A DNA stretch of 64,000 nucleotides from Ptychomitrium polyphyllum (lineage: Eukaryota), in assembly GCA_973851085.1 (NCBI GenBank), contig OZ316775.1, positions 17,980,001 to 18,044,000 on the forward strand, read 5' to 3'. Below are positions 38,601 through 49,643 of this stretch, in pieces (the stretch's first letter is position 1; every line of letters begins with the position of its first letter). Below the pieces are notes generated by a model. That model saw nothing but the letters and a program-made list of their open reading frames with translations. It was not told the DNA's origin and ran no database searches. The position numbers and the translations under genes are program-made.

Positions 38601-39068
38601 GTAAATCTCGGTCGTGCCACCGTACTGGCTAACATAATGACTAACATCGCGTGAGTAGTTAGTACCGTCATCCTCGTTATTAGCGCGTCTGCTCTCATCT
38701 GGCTGGCTGTTGCTGATGCCCCGAACTCCGTACATGTCCTGGTACATCTCCGCATATGGGTCCTGTTGGGATAAACCACATCATTCCAACTCTTGTCGGA
38801 TATTTTAAAAGATCAATTCTAACTGATTGAAAGATGAGCGGTTTTAGACCACTTTGTAAAAGGAAGAGAGTACCTCGAAGATAGAAGGACCTCGCCATGA
38901 CCGGGAACTATTGGGCTCTATCAATTCTGGACTGATATCCCAGGATCCTGGACCGGAGAATGACCCGGAGGATTCCCCGTAGACGCCGTTCCTGGGATAC
39001 TCGTAGTATTCCTTGTCGCCGTATCGACGATGTTCTGAAGATCCGAGTAATCTCGCCAACCACTTCAT
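35615..39068 (-). CDS. DA1/DAR-like LIM-domain zinc metallopeptidase, 11 coding exons, with an in-frame TAG in exon 6 (possible pseudogene or null allele)
   Basis: Exons 39068-38874, 38762-38522, 38342-38195, 38006-37871, 37623-37540, 37389-37270, 37155-36940, 36721-36662, 36427-36333, 36134-36076 and 35889-35615. UIM-like [13 protein letters not shown] ([18 protein letters not shown]), [30 protein letters not shown] (HExxH) and EEGVCQV. TAG at 37368-37366, GC donor at 36332. Confidence 0.92.
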
Positions 39069-41987
39069 GTTCACTCCAAAGTTCCGACGTACAATCGTCC
39101 TGCGAAACGAATGAAGGTTGAGCAGTGGATCAGCTAGGCAAATTGAAGATTCTGGCTAGTGCTGAAATTGCAGTGCATCTAAATGATTTTGTTGCATTGG
39201 TTGGGTGAGGAGCTTACACACTGAGAGTAAAGGGAAGGTTGAGCTCCAGATCAAGTCAAGGAATTGAAGGTCCCCCCAACGTGATGTTTGATCAGCTCGT
39301 CTTGGATATCGTTAAATCCGAAGACGAGCGACTCCATGGCCTCACAAGTCCATCATATCCAGAATTCTATAACCACTGGTTCGGCAACGTCACGAATCTG
39401 AGTCTCACTCCTGGTGTCTAAAAGAGCCAAAAGCCTGCAAAAATGTTAAGGATCACAATGACTCGCTTTCACCTAATGCAGATGCGAGCTTTCACTTGAT
39501 GCTACCAAGAACAATTATTTTGGTGCTGCTCGAATCTCCTGTACACAACCTTTTGCCGAATCATTACCATACTCAACCACATACTTCTACTCCGGTTTAG
39601 GCAGGCCTACTCTACCGATCTGAATTCGCTTACCAGTTCAAACATTCGAAACTAATCCAAGCGCTTCTACGGAGATATCCAGCAAGGAATCCAGATGGAA
39701 GCTTGCCAGTAAAAGCAGAACCTGGTGTTTATTGATTCTAGCTCAACAAACGCCACAGATGGAATAGCTCCACATTCAGAATGAGGGTCCACAACTTGAA
39801 GAACAGGTAGCTAAGTTTGGTGGAGGGGGCATTCCCTGGAGACTTATATTCCAGTGTCCACGGTGGAGTATAAAATAATCATCCTACACACCAGCTACTT
39901 GGGAAAAACATGTCTACTCTGTCTTGTTCAAAAGGCTAAGCTTTCAAGGAAGTACCCTGCAGAGCAAAGGTTAAACCTGGAAACATATGTGAAGTAGAAG
40001 TCATTGGCAGGCTGTAAATTGTTGAAGCCGCAACCCAGAAGGATCGAGAGGAATACGATCGCAGTGCAAATCTATCTCTCAAATTTGGTTCATTATACAA
40101 AAACTCGCTAGAACGTCAACCTTGTACGCCTGCTACAGAAATTCATGAAGGTGTGACTAGAATTTTTCGGCAAGTGGTGACTCCTTGATCACTCTGTCGA
40201 CACATACTAACAGCTAGCTACATGGATGCCTGCACTAAAAACGACATTATCGCCCATATTAACTATTCACATAAGTCAAAAATTTATACAAGAAACAGAT
40301 ATATGGATACAGTACTACTCATATAGAACTATTCACGTAGAAGAGTCTTGATAAACATAGTTGGTGAACGTGTTCATTTAGAGTAAAAAGTTATAGTATT
40401 TTAAAATCAATTAGTGTACGTAACACTAATCAGTTTTTTCAGTGCGGTTTCGACACGGGCAAATTCCTCCGAACTGCGTACTGACATGACGGTCAAAGCT
40501 CCCACAGAGCTTTCACAATTCGGAAATGGGTGGACTTCGTGCTGCCCCTCCTGGAATGAGTGCAGGAATTCAGAGAGCTAGTGCGTGCTGCTGCGAGATG
40601 CAACTATCACCAGTTCATGTTGTCAATAATTTCTGGCACTCCCAGCTACTACACGTTGGCGAGTATATGCACATATCATTGTGAAGGTGCAGCATTTTCG
40701 TGGTGGTGATTGTCAGAAGTGGATGAATTTGTACATATCAAATTCATCCAATACTAAGATATAACTTCTACAGGATGGTAAGTATGTAATGGATGATAAT
40801 AAATATTTGAAAAGTTGTATGCCTTAGGAAAGATAAAGGAATGTATGTCTCTTATCTTAAAGGTCCTAAACTAGGTGGCTATTTGTAGAAATATATAACA
40901 CAAGTTGGAAAACGTAATTACTACTCTTGCTTGTGTGATTCTTGTGTGCTTCTTATGTGATTCTTGTGTGCTTCTTATGTGATTCAGAGGGTGATAGCTA
41001 CTCATCAGTACAGTCTTTTATTACATGTTAATGAAGTTATGTCTTGTTTAAGTATATTCTTTTCATTATATTACTCAATATTGCTGGATGCATTTGGATG
41101 TATTTGTGAATGGACTGTGCATTTGGACTGTGCGTACATTAGGCTCTGTGATAGCTGCTTTCTGTTAACTTTCGAGCGCGGCGGTGTGTCCAGATATTAA
41201 ATGGGCACCTGGCGTGCTATATGCCGAAATTAGCAGTTTCGCCAAATAAATAATTAAGTTACAAGGTCGACGCTCCACGTGTTAGACGAATTTTGGTAGA
41301 GGCCTTTAGAGGATTCGGAGGAGCACTAAATACAGTGCAGTACATGGATTATTGCGAGATCTGTGAGTCACAGTAGTTGTTGAATAAGAACGAATTGCGA
41401 GTAGTTGTAGTTACTGCGCACTGGCCTGCACTAAGATTTTGGTTTCCAATTTAACTTAACAGTATAATAAGAATGAGATATTATTATTTCTGTAAATCTA
41501 TATATATATATATACAAATATATACATATGTGTATGTATGTATGTGAATACATATGTATATTTATTTATTTATTTATATGTATATATCTTCTCTTTTTTA
41601 AATTGAATTATTTTTTGGTGGTTTTTAAATGTGATTTTCACAAATATTCTTTCTGGCAATTATTAGATTTTTACACTAGCTATTTTTTAACGCAATTAAT
41701 AAGATTTAGGAGCATAATGTTTGATGATATATGACCCTTATAAACCACATTTGCACAAGCTATATCACAAATTATCAACTACAACACATGTAGAACTTTC
41801 AACACTTTTTCAAAATAATACACATAGTTACTAATGAACATCATTAATCCTTTTCAACCAACACTTATAATACATTAAAATTCATGAAAGATAAATATAT
41901 TTATCAAATTTTTTTTAAAACAAAGTCAATTTCTAATGTAAAATATACAACAATATATTTGTATTTTTCCCGACAAGCCTCATCTTC

Positions 41988-42047
41988 AAGGGAACTTGCC
42001 GTTAAGGGAACTTGCCGTTAAGGGAAATTGCCGTTAAGAGAACTTGC
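41988..42047. repeat. 16-bp tandem repeat (~3.7 copies) upstream of the SDR gene
   Basis: AAGGGAACTTGCCGTT x2, AAGGGAAATTGCCGTT, AAGAGAACTTGC. Confidence 0.9.
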
Positions 42048-43145
42048 AATGAACGGATTCCCCTCACTGGACACATCCAAGCTAACGCCTTTCCATTTGG
42101 AATAGACCGTCATTCTGGAGACGAGGAATTTAGTCGGTGGTGAGTTTTCTCGTCACGGTAACAATTCCCGGTAGTGAGGTAATTCTCTGTCTGTGGCTTC
42201 TGCTTTCTTTCGTGTTTTTTCCGCTGGTATTATTTTCGCTCTTTGCTTGGGCTTTCTAGAGGAGCATCGTTGTGTTTACCGGCGTCGCATGGTCATATGT
42301 GGCCTGGCTGTGAGAGCCCTAGGGTAGCTCTGTGATATGGGTTGGTGTTGTGCATTGCAGATGAGATGGCTTGTAATGATGATGTGGTTTTGTGTTGAAC
42401 CCTAATTGCACGTGGGAAGGGGGTAGGGGTTGAGGGGGGTTGGGAATTTGAGTTTCTTGAGTGAGGGTTGGAGTGGGAGGTTAGCGGGATTGTTGAATAT
42501 TGACTTTGGGGATTGAGAATGTGACTGTGTTTTACAGTTGGAGCTCTGGTGGCGTTTGTTTTTTGACAGAATTCGAGTGTGCGTGGTGTTTGCAGGCATT
42601 TGGATGAAGAGTACAGGCGATGTGACTTGTAGCCGATGCTGGGGCTGATGTATGGTGTGTTTGTAACGTGCTCGTTTGGCAGCTTCTGAACCTGGAAACA
42701 TCAGGTACGTGAGTTTCGAGGTTTGGCAATACAAGATGTCAAGCTTGGTTTTTGGTGTTGGTTTTGCAGGTGATGGTGAGGCTCATAGCGCTTCTTCAAA
42801 TTTGTACACACTAGGGATTGTTAACTGAAAAATCAATGACTGTTGGTTTTGTTGGAGAAAACGCATAGGGTGGGAGAACTGCTCGGCGGGGGGCGAATAG
42901 GAATAAAAAATAGAAACAACAAAAGTTTTACGAAGTTAGAATGTTGTGATAATACAAGTGTTGATGGCATTGAATGTTTGTGTAATTTATTACACACATG
43001 GTATGAGGATTCGCCAATTCTTCAGCATTCTCTAATGAGACGAATCAATTTAGAAGAGAGATTCCTGATTTCCCACCGTTGTTCGTGTCACTAACTGCTG
43101 ATGTTGTTTTGACATCCTTGACAGCTCAAGCGCCTGGAGTTCACT

Positions 43146-44105
43146 ATGTTATTTGTAGCGCTGTTGCTACTCCCACTCCTGCTACTGGCATTGCACTTCT
43201 TCTTCATTGCGGATGGGGACTTCGCTTTGGCTCTCAAGGGTCCGACTCCTCGAAAAGCCATAGAAAACAAGGTGGTGTGGATAGTCGGAGCCAGCCAGAA
43301 CATTGGAGAAGAGCTTGCCAAGGAGTACGCACGACTGGGAGGAAAACTCATTCTTACATCTCGAAGAGTAAAAGAGTTGGTGCGAGTGAAAGCATCACTG
43401 AAAGGTCGGTATGCTCCCGAGAATGTAGTTATCCTCCCAGGTGACATCTCAGCTAGTGTTGATCAACTCAAGGAGCTCGTTCTGAAAGCTGAAGCAGCCT
43501 TCGAAGGAGCTGGACTTGATATTGTCGTGCAGAACGCCGCTTCTCCACGCCTGAAGTTTCCAGCTGAGAACTTCCCAGATGATGTTCTTCAGCAAACTTT
43601 TGTCGTGAATGTGGTGGGCGTGATTCGGCTCACTCAGCTGATCCTTCCGGGTATGCTCCGCAGAGGTAAAGGCCACTTCGTGGTGGTGAGCAGTTCGGCT
43701 GCCAAATTACCATCCCCTGGTCAAACCATTTACTCGGCATCAAAACATGCCGTCAATGGTTACTTCAACTCGCTTCGCTCTGAGATTCTCCAAAGTGGAG
43801 TGAAGGTCACATTGGCCTGTCCTGGTCCCATTGAGGTATCAGGTTCAGAGGGTGAGGGTGGGGAGAAGAAAGACAAGCGTCTTCCAGCTCGAAGGTGCGC
43901 GGAGCTCATCGTTCAAGCGGGTGCACATGACTTGATGGAAGCGTGGATTAGCTATCAACCTATTCTGCTGCTTCTGTATGTGATGCAGTATGTGCCTGCC
44001 CTTGCCCTCTATGTTGTGAACAAGGTTGGACCCAAACGTGTGAAAGCATATAGCGAGGGATCTAGTGTGTACAGTATGAACCTGTTGTTTAAGAAGTCTT
44101 CGTGA
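43146..44105 (+). CDS. Short-chain dehydrogenase/reductase, DHRS7-like, 319 aa, single coding exon
   Basis: N-terminal signal anchor, ADGDF, WIVGASQNIG cofactor loop, QNAA, VSS, catalytic YSASK, CPGP, and C-terminal KKSS (KKxx ER-retrieval type). Confidence 0.95.
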   Translation: MLFVALLLLPLLLLALHFFFIADGDFALALKGPTPRKAIENKVVWIVGASQNIGEELAKEYARLGGKLILTSRRVKELVRVKASLKGRYAPENVVILPGDISASVDQLKELVLKAEAAFEGAGLDIVVQNAASPRLKFPAENFPDDVLQQTFVVNVVGVIRLTQLILPGMLRRGKGHFVVVSSSAAKLPSPGQTIYSASKHAVNGYFNSLRSEILQSGVKVTLACPGPIEVSGSEGEGGEKKDKRLPARRCAELIVQAGAHDLMEAWISYQPILLLLYVMQYVPALALYVVNKVGPKRVKAYSEGSSVYSMNLLFKKSS

Positions 44106-44969
44106 TTGACCTTGAATTTCACCTATTACATATTTGAAGATATAGTTGCTTCTTAGACTATCAAGTCAAGTTCCTGCATTGTCTACAAATTACCAAGCAC
44201 CGCAGGAAACTGCTACATAGATTGATCTTAGGGCATGCTACTTTAGAATCACTGACCTTGCAATTTTTGGAAGCAATAGTTAGTTGTTCTAGTCAAGTAT
44301 GTTTTCTCAAAAGTTCATTCCAATGTGCGGCTGTGACCTATTGTGAGATCATTTTATGGCAACGTGCTCTTATGCCATCTCTGGCATTGTATTAGAGGCA
44401 AACCAATCTGACGCTTGAGATTTGGATTCTTGAAGAGGCGAAGGTGGAAAATTCTGTGTAGTTCTTGTAAAATTTCTCTACTGAAAGCAAGAAGTGACCC
44501 TGGGTTCTGATTCTTTCAGAAATGAGTTTAAGGTTTCAATGATGTAATGCAATCAAGTGTGCAGACATTGTGGATTGGGGTATACCGTGTGATGGTGCCT
44601 GGGGCCATACACTTGTACTGATGCTTTCAGTACATAAAAAATCTCGGAAACCGAATGTATGATTTTGGAGGCACTAGTGGTTTGAAGGATCTCAGAAATG
44701 GTTTAATTACACCCTAAACTTAGCCATCAAGCTTCAGTACGGGAGCATCATCCAATTGTTTCGAAAGTGCAACTTCTCATCTTCAAAACACTATCCAATT
44801 CGCAACATGGTTTCCAATGTCAAACTAAATGTAATATCCCCTACTTTTGGTGCATGCCAGCTTGCTTATTTTTTAAATTTCCAACACTGCATATGGTAAC
44901 CATGACCACCTCATTCAGTAACACTGGCCTTGAATGCTTGCGAAGGGGTCGCTGATTTCACAAGCAGGA

Positions 44970-45159
44970 AAGAATTTCAGAAATTGCCAGACAGCTATGT
45001 ACCATGTGGAGTATCAAGCAATCCTTTCGATGCATGTAAATGTACAGAGTAAGCCTGCTAATGTAAGAATTTCAGAAATTGCCAGACAGCTATGTACCAT
45101 GTGGAGTATCAAGCAATCCTTTCGATGCATGTAAGTGTACAAAGTAAGCCTGCTAATGT
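44970..45159. repeat. Tandem duplication, 2 x 95 bp
   Basis: AAGAATTTCAGAAATTGCCAGACAGC...GTAAGCCTGCTAATGT repeated at 44970 and 45065, with 2 mismatches. Confidence 0.92.
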
Positions 45160-48100
45160 ACGTAAATGTTCAGGTACTTATAGTGCTCCTAGCGCCATCA
45201 ATCATGGGGGAGAGGAAACTAACCCAGACACTAGCACCTCTTTGGATGGAATTATTGGAATTATTGGAATTATCGGATGATTGCCTTATTTGTGAAAGAC
45301 ATGTATATAGGTAGTTCCCGTTGTCATATTGTTTCAATATCCTAAAATAATATAATATAAAAATAAACATAATGTACACAATATATACTAAGAAATCATT
45401 TTGATGATATATTTGGAGTGCAATATAATATAAATAGTGCATATTCAAAGTTTAGAATATGATGTATTTTGAGATAATATAGTTTGTTATATTAAAATAT
45501 GTAAAACATACAAGGTGTACAAAAAATACATATAATTGGAAGTTTTTTCTTAAACTATTTATGATTATTCAACTTAGGAAGTCAATTCAAAGATTTAAGT
45601 AGTTTAGCTTGTAAATAAATTAAGGTTTTTTAAATATAGGTTCCAAATTTAAAAAGTAAAATGTTCAATTTGGATTATATATATAATTCTACATGATTTC
45701 AAAATTTTCTAAAAAATTAATAGCAACCAAATGCCCAGTGTTTTCTTAAAGCAAAATTCTCTCACCACAATTCTACTATACAATCTTAGTTTTAATATAA
45801 TTTTCCCAAATTTTCACTTAAAATGCCACATTGTTACTAACAAAATGATATCCATTTCAACTATTGCCAAAAAAAATCCAAATTGTATTTTCAGATGCAT
45901 CAAGCATTGCTTTCTTTAAGCTTGCATTATCCATCACTATACTCTTATAAATAAAACATCTTTTTCTAATCAACATTCCGTATTATAACCTAATAAAAAT
46001 ATTTGTATATGGCTCTCATTTTTATTTTATTTTAAAGCCTAATTTCTTACATAATAGTATTTTTTTTTTTAATTGATTGTTTTAAAATTTGATCATATAT
46101 TATAAATATAAAAATAAACATATATTATAAAAAGTGCCTCAAGAATATTATTACATACATTGGAAGTCTTAATGATAATATGATTCAAAATGAAATACAA
46201 ACTTTGTCATAGTATATACAAAATTCAAGCATTTCTATATAAACCAGTGAGTATAATATTAATTAGTTGTATATCATACAATTCATATTCTAAATTTAAC
46301 CATATAATTTGTTGTCTTGAAGCTCATTTTCTTTTTTATCATGTAATAATTATAAATCCATTCCAACTATAATATAAGGTCAAAGCAATGAAAGTTTGTA
46401 TAAATTTTCAAAAAAATGTCAATATCCGTTATAATCAAATTATAAGTTCTATTTTAGTTCAAACCTTCAACAACTTTAAGAAAAAGCTTTAACAAAGTTT
46501 TGGAGGAATCAAAAATATTTAGTATGGATCAAATAAAATAATGTAATAGTATAATAACAATGTAGAAGTAGCTTAAAATTATAATCACCTATAAGCAAAT
46601 GAGAGGACAAGATATTTGAAAGTAACAAAGCATTAATGTATAAAAGTAGAAATTATGGCAGTGCACATTGTAATAACCTTGTTAGAGCTTCTAGCATCTT
46701 TTTGTTCTATCTAAATTTTAAACTTTCAAGTTTTATTTTTAAAAAACATAAAAGCCATCAAATTGTAGATAAGACAAGAAAAGATCAAGCTCAAATGCAA
46801 AAAAAGATATGAGAATAAGAAAGAAAATATAAATACTTTGTGGAAGAAAAAGGAATAAAACGTGGAATAAGCAACTAATTGAAGAAGCATGTAATGAAGA
46901 GAGTAGTAAATAAAAGATAGGTAAGGATTGCAAGTATTTGAACAACAATTTAATAAGTAGGTGAAGAGTATGTAAGTTGGTTCTCAATGAACAAGACTAA
47001 TAAAAAGCAAAGAAACATAGAAGATGATTGCAAATTTCCAACATGAATTCAATACTTCAATCCTTCTTGCACAATGTCATACTTTTTATATATAATAATT
47101 TTCAATATTTTGATAATTTCGAAATAGATAAAAGTGATATTACAAGTATTTATTGCACTTTCTTTAGTACCATTGAAAAACAAGATGTTAAGGATATATT
47201 TGCCATTCATGCAAAAATTAAAGTGTGCTCTTGTCTATACAATTTAGACTATGGTGCAATTTATTTGCTTATAAATCTTCTAAAAGTGTTAATACATGTG
47301 TTACTAGATTTAATTTGGAAGTTACAATTTGCAAACAAAAGAATCAAAACTCTTAAATTGAATTCATTTAGTAACTAAATTTAATTAGTAATTGATTATA
47401 AAAACCTTAGGCAAAAGAGTTCTACAATTATTTGACTTATAAAAATGTGCACCAATAGAACCATATTTAGGCTATAATATGTGTAATCTAGTTAAAACTA
47501 AAGAGCATATATTAGTGAATTTTGCATACATGAATGGAAAAAAACTAGTGAATTTTGTATGTATGGATGAAAAGAACTTAGTACCATAACAAATACAATA
47601 ATTTAGTTTAAAGAAAATGGGTATTAAAAGACTTAGATTTTGGAATTTTTTACCTTTAATATTGACTTAATCTTTAATATTCTCTTTTTTAGTATCCAAT
47701 CTTGACTTATAACTAGTAAGATAGCCATTACAATGCATGTTTATGTATAATAGTTGTTAAGATGAAACTGCCAATATTTAATTCACATGTAATGTATTGA
47801 ATGTACATTAAACTCTCTTTTTCCACCATAATTTGCTGAAGGCAAGGGTTTCTTTCTATCCAAATTCGACCAACATACCATATCCTAGGATCAAATTTGA
47901 CCAAAATTATTCCACATAGTAAATACCAAAAAGTATGAAAAGTTATTTGTTTACAAAAAAATCATTAACAAAGACATATCAATATCAAAGTAATATTAGG
48001 TGGAGGGAATGTTTTTCCTTAAAGTAATAATTATTTGGTATGAAGTTATCAAAGTTTATCCTTGCATATGATAAGTACTTCTTATTGTAAATGAGAACAT

Positions 48101-48426
48101 GCCCACTTTAATTTGCTTAAAACAATTGTCTGCGTGTGCACTTTCCATCCATGTGGTTACAATGACTTTCCTAAATCCTTTTCCTTTTTAAGGTGGAAAT
48201 GGCTTATCACCATCTTCGTTTTTCTCTCCATAAGAAGCCTTCATATACCCCATACACGCTCCTCAATAAATTGGAAATATTCCCTCCCGGTTACGTGTTG
48301 TTAAGTTCATTCCAAGGTGCTTTTTTAGTCCTACGTAAGTCATTTGTCAGAAGCGGGGGACCCATTCGTTCCTACTCTTGTGAATGGTACTAGAGGAGCC
48401 AAACTACTGGAGGTTTAGACCAACAA

Positions 48427-48476
48427 CTTTGTCTTCTTACCTACTCCTTGTTCTCTAGCTTTGTCTTCTTACATAC
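48427..48476. repeat. Left half of a 32-bp minisatellite split by the family-A insertion
   Basis: Unit CTTTGTCTTCTTACCTACTCCTTGTTCTCTAG, resuming in register at 53519. Confidence 0.82.
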
Positions 48477-48986
48477 TGTTAGAGACACAAGAAACAAGAA
48501 GCAGAAACGAAGTGCTCTCCAAAAATTAGCCTCCAAAGAGCTAATAATTAACAAGAACTTGATACAAAGACTAGAACAAGGCAGGATTTAAGATGATCCA
48601 CAACTTGTGTTGGCAAGACTAAGGAATACCTTGTCTTGCTTCCTATTTATACTATAAAGTTTATATCTCCTAAGACACTTCGAAAGACGCTTCCTACAAG
48701 GCTTAAAAATGTACTGAAAGTCTAAGGAACCTTCCTTGGAAGTTTCCTAAAGAAGTGGAACCTTCCTAGAAAATTTCTTAAAGAAGTAAAATTTTCCTAG
48801 GAAGTTACCTAAGATGATAAAACCTTCCTAGGAAAATTCTTAAGATGGAGGAACTTCCGTACGAAGCTTCCTAAGTACATGGAAAGACTATGGAGACATC
48901 TAAAAGTATTCTAAGAAGCTATTATAGTATACTGGAAGGTTCTAGAATGTTCTAAGGACTATACTGCATGATCTATGTCCGTGACA
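48477..48986 (-). repeat. Family-A 3' LTR (510 bp)
   Basis: TGTTAGAG...CCGTGACA, adjacent to the PPT (TCACCTCCCCATTT on +). Confidence 0.94.
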
Positions 48987-49643
48987 TCACCTCCCCATTT
49001 AGCGACGAGTTCCATGAGGAGCTCTTTTCTTGGCTTGCTTGTCACATTTCTACAAATTCCAAAATTTGTCAAAGGAGTGAAGCAACATACTCTACTTGTT
49101 GTTCTTTGTTTATTGGTTCAATTGGTCCTTGCAAAAAGCGCCAATGGCCACCAGCCAAGACTTCTGTTGTTGAAATGTCCCATCCCAAGATCTGATCTTG
49201 ATTTAGTCCTTCAAAACATCCTCCAAACAAGATTTTGGATCTTCTAGGAGTGACTCTTTCAATTTCTAACAAGATGATTAGAGCGTGAGCATCTGAATCA
49301 AGAGTGGAATGTGAAGGGCGACTAGTTAATACTTCTGAACGAGGTCGTACTCGACGTTGAGATGTCCCTCCCATATCTTGACTTAAATCCTCCGTTACCA
49401 AGGGCTGTTAAAATTGAGTTGGCTCAACAGATGCTGTTATTAATGAAGGCATGGCCGACTGCTCTTCACGCATATCCATGATAACACGAAGATTTGACAT
49501 ATTGGCTAGGATCTGGAAATGATCTATCTTGGAAATAATGCTACATACAATTGGAAGTTTGGATATTTCTCCTTCCTTCTTATACTTGTCTATGAAGGAA
49601 AAACTTCTTGGTGAAGCTAACGGCTGCTGATGACACATCATCA

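Noticed and set aside
40440..40470. GGTTTCGACAC resembling a tRNA T-loop/B-box
   Set aside because: No cloverleaf, A-box or acceptor stem can be built around it.
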